Shown: one piece after another, positions 14,607 through 30,330 of the stretch
How positions within the stretch are numbered: the first letter of the stretch is position 1
Layout: the number at the start of each line of letters is the position of its first letter
Assembly (NCBI GenBank): GCA_964016885.1
Contig: OZ024740.1
Coordinates: 134,354,001-134,418,000, forward strand
DNA from: Eledone cirrhosa
Lineage: Eukaryota
Direction: 5' to 3'
DNA length: 64,000 nt
Program-made: the position numbers and the translations under genes
The notes under the pieces: generated by a model
The model's input: the letters and a program-made list of their open reading frames with translations, nothing else
The model's database searches: none
Told to the model about the DNA's origin: nothing

Positions 14607-15282
14607 GTGAGGTTTTTTTTACAAAATGAAAAATAACCCAGGTGTCCTACACGAGTGGAAGTATAAAGAAAAAGAGATGAAATCGAAAATGCAACTGAAA
14701 TCTTATTTTTTTTTTAAATATATTTATTTGGTTCCTTTACCGGTTTCGCAGTTCTTCTGCTTTTCAAAAGGTGAGTTGAGATGGAGGGTCTGTGGTTTTT
14801 CTCACATCTGGTTGGTCTCTAAATGTTACTTGTTTTATATGGAAAAAGTGGCTCGAAAGCCAGGTTTTTCGAGAAGTAATTTGATTGGTTTGTCAATAAT
14901 TATAATAAATTTCGCGCCAGTTCGCGTTACAATAGTTCTTCAAATAAGAGAGAGGGGGGTTGTCACAGGTTGTTTTTTCATATATGAGTGTTTGAATTTC
15001 TTTTTACTTGAAACAAGGAGGCTCACGAAGGCTTTTTTTTGGTTGGTTATAAATGAAATTTGGCTGTCACGTGAACAAGTTTTCATTACATTTTTGCGCC
15101 CTTATTTGGAAAACTATTCTGTAGTCTTTATAGTGAATGTTATGACAATGGAGAGATAGTGGTCAAGGGGAAATGGATTGGGAGAAATGTTCTGGTTCAG
15201 TGAATATGGCCAGCTGTCAGAGTTCAGGTGTCAGAGTTCAGATTTTCTATTGAGACTGAAGATATGTGTTTATTTGTGTGCT

Positions 15283-15313
<31 letters not shown>

Positions 15314-16850
15314 ATGTGTGTATTGGAAGATGATTCTATTAGTAGAGATGGGGGAGGGAGTTGTGTGTGTGTGTATATGGGTGTTATGTGTGTGTGTGCG
15401 AGTATGTTAAGATGGAGAGAATATATATTTTTTGTGTGTGTGTATATATATGTGTGTAGGAAAGTGGTTCTATTAGTAGAAATGGGGAGGGAGTTGTAGG
15501 TGTGGGGGTTGTTATGGATGTGTATGGGTGTTATGTGTGTGGAAGTATGGTTAGCATGTTAAGATGAAGAGAATATATATATATATATATTGTGTGTGTG
15601 TGTATGTGTGTGTGTAGGAAAGTGATTCCTTTAGTAGGAAGATGATTCTATTAGTAGAGATGGGGGAGGGAGTTGTGTGTGTATATGGGTGTTATGTGTG
15701 TGTGTGCGAGTATGTTAAGATGGAGAGAATATATATTTTGTGTGTGTGTATATATATATGTGTGTAGGAAAGTGGTTCTATTAGTAGAAATGGTGAGGGA
15801 GTTGTAGGTGTGGGGGTTGTTATGTGTGTGTATGGGTGTTATGTGTGTGGGAGTATGGTTAGCATGTTAAGATGAAGAGAATATATATATATATATATAT
15901 TGTGTGTGTGTGTATGTGTGTGTGTAGGAAAGTGATTCCTTTAGTAGGAATATTTTTGAATGAACATATTTTCCTGACTTTTTCGTGTTTGCTGTTGTAT
16001 TGCCAGTGCAAACGTATGTTAAGGTTTATTTAGTTCGGGTTTTTATTTTCTAAAGTAGGTGTTATGTGTGTGTATGTCATATTGTGGTGTTGACATAATG
16101 TATATTAAACCTTATTTAATGTTGGTCTATATTTTTGAATAAACATATTTTCCTTATTTATTCGCATTTGTTCTGTTGTATTGTTAGCGCAAAGGTAAAA
16201 TGGGAAGACTTGGAATTTGGGTGTCTTATTACTTGCGCAAATGTCTAGATATGCACTTAGTGGTATCTGTCTCGTGGTTGGATCTCGTAATTGTTGGCGA
16301 TGAACTGTCATTCTGTTTCTGAGTGTGAGTTTAGTTTGTCCTATATAATCTTCATTGCATCCTTTACATTTAATGGCATAAATTAGATTTTTTGATGAGC
16401 AAGTGAAGTGATTTTTTACAGTAAAATTTTGTCCTGATTTAAATGTATACGTGTTGCCTTCAATGAGGTGAGTGCAGGTTCCACAATTAGAGCGACCACA
16501 TTTTTTGATACTTGGTTGTGGGTTTGTGGTAGGTAATTTGGCATTGGTGAGTAATGTTTTCAGTGATTTTGGTTGTCTTTTGCTTTTGATTATTTTGTGT
16601 GTTTCAAGGGCTTTTTTCATTCTTGGGTTTTGTTTTAGTAGTGGGATGTTATTGTGAATAGTGTTGTAAGCTTCCGCATTTCTTGGGTTGTGTGTTGAGA
16701 TATATGATAGAATATTGGACGTACCTTGAATTTGTTTCTGTTTCCGTAATTCATCAATGCCTATTGCTTTAGCCCTTTCTATTCCATTATTTATTAGTAA
16801 TAGTGGGTACTCTCTCTCAAGTAGAATTTCCTTTAATTCTTGAAGTCTTT
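14600..16850 (-). mobile_element. Inverted 3' duplicate (inverted pseudo-LTR) of the Penelope-like element
   Basis: Reverse complement of 18805 onward; ORF 16105-16620 equals the last 171 aa of ORF 17574-19550; HHR mirror at 14734-14771; internal ~310 bp tandem duplication ~15325-15950. Confidence 0.95.
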
Positions 16851-17573
16851 AAACTAAAACTCACACACCACATGCACAACAAATAACAAAAAAAGTAACA
16901 AAACGTCCAACATACCCCCAGCAAAACTATAACGATAATCCCAGAAACCATAGACAAAACTATAACCCTACTAACAAAAACCAAAGATCCCCGAACACAA
17001 GGCAGGACCTGATCCGCAGATCACAACCCACACAAAACCTATTCCAAAACCGTAGACCCCTGCCCACACAGAGCCTGTTCCAAAACCATAGATCCCAACC
17101 CACACAAAGGAACCAAATCTACAACCCGGACTATCAACAAACCGAACCTCAATACGTCCGAAACTTCTATACATGACCACACAACAACAGGGGAAATACC
17201 ATTAGATATAATAATACCAATGAAAAAACATTCCAGAAAAATCATTTTTTAGACCAAGGCTACAGGACTCACGACACCCGGTGGCACAAACCGATTTTGA
17301 AAATCCGAAAATAATTAACAATTCAAATACAAACCTCTCAGCCCAACAAGTAAAAATTCTCTCCAAAGGTCTGAAATTCACACCAACACCACAATATCCT
17401 ACCCCAACGAGATAAATGACGATATCTCACACTTCTGTAGAAAATTACGTCTCACAGAGGAATTCTTTGACAAGGAGAATAACGACGAAGCAATTGTACG
17501 GAATAAAAGCAGCTACAACCCAACAAAAGGTAGAAACAGAGTTCTGGACAAATTTTGTGACCACATAGCTACC

Positions 17574-19550
17574 TTGCCATACCATGAACTACCGCAACCT
17601 AAACCCAAACCCAACACAAGTCGAAGGGAATGGGAGATTATCCATGAACTAAAAAACAATACGGACATTGTAATTAAGGAAGCGGACAAGGGAAGTACTG
17701 TTGTCATTATGGAGGCTGAAACATATAAAAATTCTATGTTCTCTCTCTTACAAAATACTAATTACTATGAAAGAGTAAAAAACTACCAGCAATCAAAAAT
17801 AATGACCAAATTAAACACACTGATTTATCGATACCAGGAAGACCTAACTAAAAAGGAACGCGATTATTTAACAAATTTTGAATACAAAACCAGCAACCTT
17901 TACGGACTTCCGAAGATCCACAAATGTAAAATAATCAACGATGCCTGTAAACAATCCACCTCAGCCTGCGTGAACACACAATACCCCACAGACCTTAAAT
18001 TAAGACCAATTGTAGCGGGCCCACAATGTGAAACACACAGATTGAGCAACTTTATAGACATACTACTGAAACCAATACTGAAACACCTACCAAGCCTTGT
18101 AAGAGACGATCTGGACCTCTTAAACCACCTCCCCAAACATGTCAACAACGACACTATTATTGTGTCTTTCGATGTAGTGAATCTCTACACAACGATCCCA
18201 CACCAATACGGACTAGAAGCAATAGGATTCTGGCTAGAGAAATATCCCAATGAGATACCTGACAGAATAGAAAAAAGCTTCATCACCGAGGGATTAAAAT
18301 TCATCCTACAGAACAACTTTTTTGATTTCGATGACAATACTTACAAGCAAATATCGGGGACTGCGATGGGCACAAAAGCCGCTCCAACTTATGCCAACTT
18401 AGTCATGGCATACTTAGAAGTCCAGATATATGAACAGTCCAAATCAAAATACGGATTGAACTTCCACAAATATTTATCAGAGAATTGGAAACGCTACTTG
18501 GATGATTGCCTCATTCTTTGGTCCCACACACTCGACCAACTGAAGGATTTCAAAAAATTAATAAACGGCATTAATAACCACATCCAATTCACAATGGAAT
18601 ACAGCCAAGATCAACTCCCATTTCTGGACATCTTAATCACAAAAAAAGACACAAATATCGAAACTGACATACACTACAAACCAACAGATTCCAAACAATA
18701 TCTGCTATTCACCTCCAACCATCCAAAGCACACGAAGACGAACATTCCTTTTAACCTAGCAAGAAGAATTTGCACAATTGTCTCCAATTATGAAACGCGA
18801 AATAAAAGACTTCAAGAATTAAAGGAAATTCTACTTGAGAGAGAATACCCACTATTACTAATAAATAATGGAATAGAAAGGGCTAAAGCAATAGGCATTG
18901 ATGAATTACGGAAACAGAAACAAATTCAAGGTACGTCCAATATTCTATCATGTATCTCAACACACAACCCAAGAAATGCGGAAGCTTACAACACTATTCA
19001 CAATAACATCAAACTACTAAAACAAAACCCAAGAATGAAAAAAGCCCTTGAAACACACAAAATAATCAAAAGCAAACGACAACCAAAATCACTGAAAACA
19101 TTACTCACCAATGCCAAATTACCTACCACAAACCCACAACCAAGTATCAAAAAATGTGGTCGCTCTAATTGTGGAACCTGCACTCACCTCATTGAAGGCA
19201 ACACGTATACATTTAAATCAGGACAAAATTTTACTGTAAAAAATCACTTCACTTGCTCATCAAAAAATCTAATTTATGCCATTAAATGTAAAGGATGCAA
19301 TGAAGATTATATAGGACAAACTAAACTCACACTCAGAAACAGAATGACAGTTCATCGCCAACAATTACGAGATCCAACCACGAGACAGATACCACTAAGT
19401 GCATATCTAGACATTTGCGCAAGTAATAAGACACCCAAATTCCAAGTCTTCCCATTTTACCTTTGCGCTAACAATACAACAGAACAAATGCGAATAAATA
19501 AGGAAAATATGTTTATTCAAAAATATAGACCAACATTAAATAAGGTTTAA
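17574..19550 (+). CDS. PLE reverse transcriptase / GIY-YIG endonuclease
   Basis: LYGLPKIHK, LRPIV, SFDVVNLYT, GTAMG, RYLDD, LPFLD, KCGRSNCGTC, LIYAIKC..YIGQT; homology continues upstream (ILSKGLKFTPTP ~17356-17390) across a frameshift near 17400. Confidence 0.95.
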   Translation: MPYHELPQPKPKPNTSRREWEIIHELKNNTDIVIKEADKGSTVVIMEAETYKNSMFSLLQNTNYYERVKNYQQSKIMTKLNTLIYRYQEDLTKKERDYLTNFEYKTSNLYGLPKIHKCKIINDACKQSTSACVNTQYPTDLKLRPIVAGPQCETHRLSNFIDILLKPILKHLPSLVRDDLDLLNHLPKHVNNDTIIVSFDVVNLYTTIPHQYGLEAIGFWLEKYPNEIPDRIEKSFITEGLKFILQNNFFDFDDNTYKQISGTAMGTKAAPTYANLVMAYLEVQIYEQSKSKYGLNFHKYLSENWKRYLDDCLILWSHTLDQLKDFKKLINGINNHIQFTMEYSQDQLPFLDILITKKDTNIETDIHYKPTDSKQYLLFTSNHPKHTKTNIPFNLARRICTIVSNYETRNKRLQELKEILLEREYPLLLINNGIERAKAIGIDELRKQKQIQGTSNILSCISTHNPRNAEAYNTIHNNIKLLKQNPRMKKALETHKIIKSKRQPKSLKTLLTNAKLPTTNPQPSIKKCGRSNCGTCTHLIEGNTYTFKSGQNFTVKNHFTCSSKNLIYAIKCKGCNEDYIGQTKLTLRNRMTVHRQQLRDPTTRQIPLSAYLDICASNKTPKFQVFPFYLCANNTTEQMRINKENMFIQKYRPTLNKV

Positions 19551-19935
19551 TATACATTATGTCAACACCACAATATGACATACACACACACACATAACAC
19601 CTTCTACTTTAGAAAATAAAAACCCGAACTAAATAAACCTTAACATACGTTTGCACTGGCAATACAACAGCAAACACGAAAAAGTCAGGAAAATATGTTC
19701 ATTCAAAAATATTCCTACTAAAGGAATCACTTTCCTACACACACACATACACACACACACAATATATATATATATATATATAATAAATGCTCTGAAATAG
19801 CGATATATATGTGAATACAGACATAGAATATTCGAAAATATTCTGTATGTTTATAATAAACATTTTGAAGACCTAATCGCTATAGAATAGAATACGTCAC
19901 GTATTACAATTAGATTCTCGATAAAAGCAAGGGAA

Positions 19936-19978
19936 GTAATCTACGCGTTTCATTCTTATTAGAAATCTTCAGGACCAC
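19936..19978 (-). ncRNA. Hammerhead ribozyme (first of 5 minus-strand copies; others start at 20246, 20556, 20866, 21176)
   Basis: Minus strand gtggtc-CTGAAGA-t-ttct(aata)agaa-t-GAA-acgcgt-A-gattac. Confidence 0.85.
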
Positions 19979-21345
19979 ATATCCAGTGCTTTTATCGAGA
20001 ATGACACAGCTAGAGACTTATAGAATACTTAGCTGTGTACAGGAACTGGTTTGAAAGAGCGGTTGCCGGTCCGGCAGAAATTAGAAATTGGAATAAATGC
20101 TCTGAAATAGCGATATATATGTGAATACAGACATAGAATATTCGAAAATATTCTGTATGTTTATAATAAACATTTTGAAGACCTAATCGCTATAGAATAG
20201 AATACGTCACGTATTACAATTAGATTCTCGATAAAAGCAAGGGAAGTAATCTACGCGTTTCATTCTTATTAGAAATCTTCAGGACCACATATCCAGTGCT
20301 TTTATCGAGAATGACACAGCTAGAGACTTATAGAATACTTAGCTGTGTACAGGAACTGGTTTGAAAGAGCGGTTGCCGGTCCGGCAGAAATTAGAAATTG
20401 GAATAAATGCTCTGAAATAGCGATATATATGTGAATACAGACATAGAATATTCGAAAATATTCTGTATGTTTATAATAAACATTTTGAAGACCTAATCGC
20501 TATAGAATAGAATACGTCACGTATTACAATTAGATTCTCGATAAAAGCAAGGGAAGTAATCTACGCGTTTCATTCTTATTAGAAATCTTCAGGACCACAT
20601 ATCCAGTGCTTTTATCGAGAATGACACAGCTAGAGACTTATAGAATACTTAGCTGTGCACAGGAACTGGTTTGAAAGAGCGGTTGCCGGTCCGGCAGAAA
20701 TTAGAAATTGGAATAAATGCTCTGAAATAGCGATATATATGTGAATACAGACATAGAATATTCGAAAATATTCTGTATGTTTATAATAAACATTTTGAAG
20801 ACCTAATCGCTATAGAATAGAATACGTCACGTATTACAATTAGATTCTCGATAAAAGCAAGGGAAGTAATCTACGCGTTTCATTCTTATTAGAAATCTTC
20901 AGGATCACATATCCAGTGCTTTTATCGAGAATGACACAGCTAGAGACTTATAGAATACTTAGCTGTGTACAGGAACTGGTTTGAAAGAGCGGTTGCCGGT
21001 CCGGCAGAAATTAGAAATTGGAATAAATGCTCTGAAATAGCGATATATATGTGAATACAGACATAGAATATTCGAAAATATTCTGTATGTTTATAATAAA
21101 CATTTTGAAGACCTAATCGCTATAGAATAGAATACGTCACGTATTACAATTAGATTCTCGATAAAAGCAAGGGAAGTAATCTACGCGTTTCATTCTTATT
21201 AGAAATCTTCAGGACCACATATCCAGTGCTTTTATCGAGAATGACACAGCTAGAGACTTATAGAATACTTCAAACCAGTTCCTGTACACAGCTAAGTATT
21301 CTATAAGTCTCTAGCTGTGTCATTCTCGATAAAAGCACTGGATAT

Positions 21346-21388
21346 GTGGTCCTGAAGATTTCTAATAAGAATGAAACGCGTAGATTAC
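21346..21388 (+). ncRNA. Hammerhead ribozyme (first of 3 plus-strand copies; others start at 21656, 21966)
   Basis: Canonical CUGAAGA/GAAA core, 6 bp stem I, palindromic ACGCGT stem III, GUA site; outer 16 bp perfect stem 21322-21337/21395-21410. Confidence 0.85.
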
Positions 21389-22944
21389 TTCCCTTGCTTT
21401 TATCGAGAATCTAATTGTAATACGTGACGTATTCTATTCTATAGCGATTAGGTCTTCAAAATGTTTATTATAAACATACAGAATATTTTCGAATATTCTA
21501 TGTCTGTATTCACATATATATCGCTATTTCAGAGCATTTATTCCAATTTCTAATTTCTGCCGGACCGGCAACCGCTCTTTCAAACCAGTTCCTGTACACA
21601 GCTAAGTATTCTATAAGTCTCTAGCTGTGTCATTCTCGATAAAAGCACTGGATATGTGGTCCTGAAGATTTCTAATAAGAATGAAACGCGTAGATTACTT
21701 CCCTTGCTTTTATCGAGAATCTAATTGTAATACGTGACGTATTCTATTCTATAGCGATTAGGTCTTCAAAATGTTTATTATAAACATACAGAATATTTTC
21801 GAATATTCTATGTCTGTATTCACATATATATCGCTATTTCAGAGCATTTATTCCAATTTCTAATTTCTGCCGGACCGGCAACCGCTCTTTCAAACCAGTT
21901 CCTGTACACAGCTAAGTATTCTATAAGTCTCTAGCTGTGTCATTCTCGATAAAAGCACTGGATATGTGGTCCTGAAGATTTCTAATAAGAATGAAACGCG
22001 TAGATTACTTCCCTTGCTTTTATCGAGAATCTAATTGTAATACGTGACGTATTCTATTCTATAGCGATTAGGTCTTCAAAATGTTTATTATAAACATACA
22101 GAATATTTTCGAATATTCTATGTCTGTATTCACATATATATATATATATATTCTCTTCATCTTAACATGCTAACCATACTCCCACACACATAACACCCAT
22201 ACACACACATAACAACCCCCACACCTACAACTCCCTCACCATTTCTACTAATAGAACCACTTTCCTACACACATATATATATACACACACACAAAATATA
22301 TATTCTCTCCATCTTAACATACTCGCACACACACACATAACACCCATATACACACACACACAACTCCCTCCCCATCTCTACTAATAGAATCATCTTCCAA
22401 TACACACATACACACACACATACACACACACAAGCACATAAATAAACACATATCTTCAGTCTCAATAGAAAATCTGAACTCTGACACCTGAACTCTGACA
22501 GCTGGCCATATTCACTGAACCAGAACATTTCTCCCAATCCATTTTCCCTTGACCACTATCTCTCCATTGTCATAACATTCACTATAAAGACTACAGAATA
22601 GTTTTCCAAATAAGGGCGCAAAAATGTAATGAAAACTTGTTCACGTGACAGCCAAATTTCATTTATAACCAACCAAAAAAAAGCCTTCGTGAGCCTCCTT
22701 GTTTCAAGTAAAAAGAAATTCAAACACTCATATATGAAAAAACAACCTGTGACAACCCCCCCTCTCTCTTATTTGAAGAACTATTGTAACGCGAACTGGC
22801 GCGAAATTTATTATAATTATTGACAAACCAATCAAATTACTTCTCGAAAAACCTGGCTTTCGAGCTACTTTTTCCATATAAAACAAGTAACATTTAGAGA
22901 CCAACCAGATGTGAGAAAAACCACAGACCCTCCATCTCAACTCA

Positions 22945-22982
22945 CCTTTTGAAAAGCAGAAGAACTGCGAAACCGGTAAAGG
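22945..22982 (+). ncRNA. PLE 3' minimal hammerhead ribozyme, U3-A8 variant
   Basis: cctt-TTGAAAA-gcag(aagaa)ctgc-GAA-accggt-A-aagg; mirror at 14734-14771; related copy at ~42884-42922. Confidence 0.8.
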
Positions 22983-23229
22983 AACCAAATAAATATATAT
23001 ATTTTTTAAAAAAATAAGACTTCAGTTGCATTTTCGATTTCATCTCTTTTTCTTTATATATATATATATATATATATATGAATCCAAATATCACCTTCAT
23101 AAATGCTTATTAGCTACAAGCTTAAAGACACAAGACATGCAATATTTTATTATTTTATTATAACGTACATGTGTGATTATGTTTTAAGCTCTAGTCTGTA
23201 TCTACTCTTTTTTGCTTGACGTTTATAGT

Positions 23230-24810
23230 GGACTGAAGAATTATCTCTTACCAATGTCCAGCAATAGTCTGCAAGCATTATTGTGCTCTATTTTCCCTGG
23301 TACCGCTTTTTCATGGTTGAAATATCTTCGTGAAATCTTTCACCATGTTCGTCACTAACTTCCCCACAATTTGCTGGAAAAAATCCAAATGTGAGTCCAA
23401 AAGGTTGATTTTAAGTGATATGTTACATCCCATATTATTGTAAGCCTTGATGAAGTTTCCCACCAATTCTTCATAATTTCCTTCCCTCTGTTTCCGAGAA
23501 ATCCCTTCGCCACTAATTTGAATGCTTCCCAAGCAGTTTCTTCTCCCCATGAAGGGCTGATTCAAAGTCACCATCTTTAAGCAGCTTTCGAATCTGAGGA
23601 CCAATGAAGACATCCTCTTTCATCTTAGCGTCGCTCAGTGAGGGAAATTTTGATGTTAAATACTTGAATCCCTGACTGGATTTGTCCATAGCTTTTACAA
23701 AGTTATTCATGAGCCCCAGTTTTATGTGCAGTGGTGGTAGTAAAATTTAGTTTGGTTCAGTGAGAGGTGGCTGTTGAACACTTTTCATCCCAGGCTCCAA
23801 TGATTGACGAGGTGGCTAGTCTCTCCTAATATAGTGGGAACCTCTTGCACGGTTGTCCCTTTCACATAGAAAGCAACGCTATTGGTGTATCAGCCCTGCA
23901 AACCCATCACAAGAGCAACAACCTTTAAGTCACCAGAGAGCTGCAGTTGATGTTCATCATATTTTATGCATTGCAGCATATGCTTTATATTCTCATAAGT
24001 TTATTTCATATGTGATGCATAGCCCACAGGAACTGATGGTTCACTACTGCCATTATGTAGCAAGACACCTTTGAGACTAGTTTTTGATGAATCAATGAAC
24101 AACCTCTAGTAACTGGGTTTGTATTCAATACCAAGTACTTCTATCAAACCATTAATATTGTTGCAGGCCAATAGACCACCTTCCATTATGCTGCTGATGG
24201 TCACGAAATTTTGAAATCTTCACATCAGGTTCTAGGAGATTCTACTGTTGAAGACGAGAGCCTAACAGCTCTCTGCCTTATTCTTAGGTAGTTGTAGATC
24301 ACTGGCAAGGTCATGGAATTCCCCTTATTTTATGAGATGTGCTCTAGAGGAATGTACTTCATCAAAATTTGGATTACTCTGTAATCCAGCAGTGTCATCC
24401 TTCTCTGCTTCCTCCTCATCACTTTCTTCATCTGACTCGAAGGATACCAAAGTTGGTGCATCAGGAATATGTAGGCCTTCTCCACGCGGAACTGGACGAA
24501 TAGCTGATGGAATGTTTGGACATTCAATGGATTCCTTTATCTTCTTTGACAAACCCTTTTTTACTGGAGGTACCATGCAGAAATAACAATTGTTGGTATG
24601 GTCTGTTGGCTACCGCCACGACATTGGCACAGCAAAAGGCATTCCTGTTCAACCATTGGTCAATGTTAGTAGCACAAGTGTTGTAGCATATGTGAGGAGC
24701 CCACTTCGTATCCTGGTCGCCAATCTTGCATCCAAAATATAGGTGATATGCCTGTTTAACCATAGCAGTTATACAACGCTTCTGTGATACAAGGTCACCT
24801 CACCACAAAT
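23230..24810 (-). pseudogene. Degenerate DNA transposase, Chapaev3 (CMC)-like
   Basis: Frameshifted fragments YFGCKIGDQDTKWAPHIC, PSAIRPVP, LLPPLHIKLGLMNNFVKAMDK, HLDFF, EHGERFHEDISTMKKRYQG; family assignment recalled from these motifs, not searched. Confidence 0.7.
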
Positions 24811-24927
24811 GTACGTGTATGTTGAAAAGTAGAGCTAACAAACAGTTTTAACCATGATATTCATTATCAGTGACCTAAAATCAGTTGGAAATTGTATTTT
24901 GGTTGTTGATCAATGTATATATATGTG

Positions 24928-28615
<3,688 letters not shown>

Positions 28616-28681
28616 TATATATATATATATACTGGCCGGAGTTCGTTGACTTAATGCCAGCAATCTTTGTTATATAATATA

Positions 28682-29533
28682 CTAGCAGTGGTACCTGGCG
28701 TTGCGCGGGATAAGGTATTTTGGAACGCGGGCCGCCAACAGACCTAATCGTGGAAAAACTGCATGCCTGGACAATATGTAAAGAAAATAAACCGAATACT
28801 CTGATGGCTGGATAATCTTTAAGATTTTCCTCGATGAAGCAGGAAAAATGCAGGTTTTCACCTAATGCGGACCCTAGGGGATCAATAAAATGAATTTTTT
28901 TATGTGCATAATATGCCATGAAGTTTTTCACCTAATGCGGGCCCTAGGCCATATAAAAAAGTTGGATTTTCTTTGCTCACGGTATGAAGAAAAGACTGAC
29001 TAATACATAGTTACAATTTCAAGGAAATCGCTCTGACGTAACGCCTGAAAAAGAGCCCTAAAAAACTTAAAAAACGCAGTTTCTCACCTAATGCAGTCCC
29101 TAGGGGATCAAAAAGTTGAATTTGTTATGTGCATAAGACTCCCTGAAACATAAGTAATACACGTGTAAAGTTTGAAAAAAGTTGGTTGAGTACTTCTCAA
29201 GTTTTAGGGATTCAAACTCACAGACACACATACACAGACAGACATCCTCGGGGAAGTGACGTAATGCAGACAGCCAGACATACAGACAGATACTATAAAT
29301 GCGCGACGTTATATGTATGTATCTATCTAAAAAGAGAAAGACTAAGAGAGATCGCTAAATTGCCTACTGCGGTCCCTAGGGCATAGAAAATTTGAAATTT
29401 TTTTTGCTCAGAACACTCCCTGAAACATAAGTATTATATGTGTAAAGTTTGTAAACAGTCGGTTGGGTGCTTCTCGAGTTATAGGGATTGAAACTCACAC
29501 ACACACAGACATTCTCAGTTTTATATGTATAGA
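28682..29533 (-). mobile_element. Non-autonomous Helitron
   Basis: Minus strand starts 'TCtatacatataaaa' and ends with GC-rich hairpin-like 'ccgcgcaacgccagg' then 'CTAG|t'; internal repeats of 'cacctaatgcgg.ccctagg'. Confidence 0.7.
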
Positions 29534-29574
29534 CTAGCAGAAAACCACCGATGGGCGGTTTTCTGCTAGTATAT

Positions 29575-30330
29575 ATATATATTACACACAGAAATGTATA
29601 TATATTTCTGTGTGTGTATATATATATATTACACACACAGAAATGTATATATATTTCTGTGTGTATATATATATATATTACACACACAGAAATGTATATA
29701 TATTTCTGTGTGTATATATATATATTTCTGTGTGTGTGTATATATATATATTACAGACACACAGAAATGTATATATGTTTCTGTAGCACTCCTCAATTCC
29801 CCCCTCTCTCCCTGCCGCTATCCCCCTCTTGTAGTCTGTCTCTTTCTTTCACTCTCACTCTCTCTCTACGTGTGCGCAAAAAACATTCGCACGCGCGCAC
29901 GTCTTTTAGCGTCTATTCACTCACTCTCTCTCCCTCTCTCCCTCCCGCTATCCCCCTCTCGTAGTCTGTCTCTTTCTTTCACTCTCACTCTCTCTCTACG
30001 CGTGCGCAAAAAACATATTTCTGTGTGTGTATATATATATATATTACACACACACAGAAATGTATATATGCTTCTGTAGCACTCCTCAATTCCCCCTCTC
30101 TCCCTCCCGCTATCCCCCTCTTGTAGTCTGTCTCTTTCTTTCACTCTCACTCTCTCTCTACGCGTGCGCAAAAAACATTCGCACGCGCGCACGTGTTTTA
30201 GCGTCTATTCACTCTCTCTCTCTCTCCCTCTCTCCCTCCCGCTATCCCCCTCTCGTAGTATGTCTCTTTCTTTCACTCTCACTCTCTCTCTACGCGTGCG
30301 CAAAAAACATTCGCACGAACGCACGTGTTT
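29575..30330. repeat. Compound minisatellite (~40 bp and ~115 bp units)
   Basis: Repeats of 'acacacagaaatgtatatatatttctgtgtgt' and four copies of 'cgctatccccctct.gtagt.tgtctctttctttcactctcactctctctctacg.gtgcgcaaaaaaca'. Confidence 0.85.

Larger units (their letters stand above)
19782..22140. repeat. Retrozyme-like tandem array, 310 bp unit, ~4.8 units plus ~2.8 inverted units
   Basis: 'cattttgaag' recurs at 19861, 20171, 20481, 20791, 21101; inversion at ~21270; units nearly identical; one HHR per unit; inserted in a (TA)n tract of the PLE 3' UTR. Confidence 0.95.
16851..23058 (+). mobile_element. Penelope-like retroelement (probably Neptune-type), interrupted by HHR array
   Basis: RT + Cys linker + GIY-YIG ORF, 3' UTR with HHR at 22945-22982, ends in (TA)n. 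Confidence 0.92.

Noticed and set aside
16105-16620. Apparent stand-alone GIY-YIG nuclease gene
   Set aside because: It is the inverted duplicate of the PLE ORF 3' end
19782-22140. Regular array considered as CRISPR or simple satellite
   Set aside because: No unique spacers, no cas genes, eukaryotic context; each unit carries an HHR
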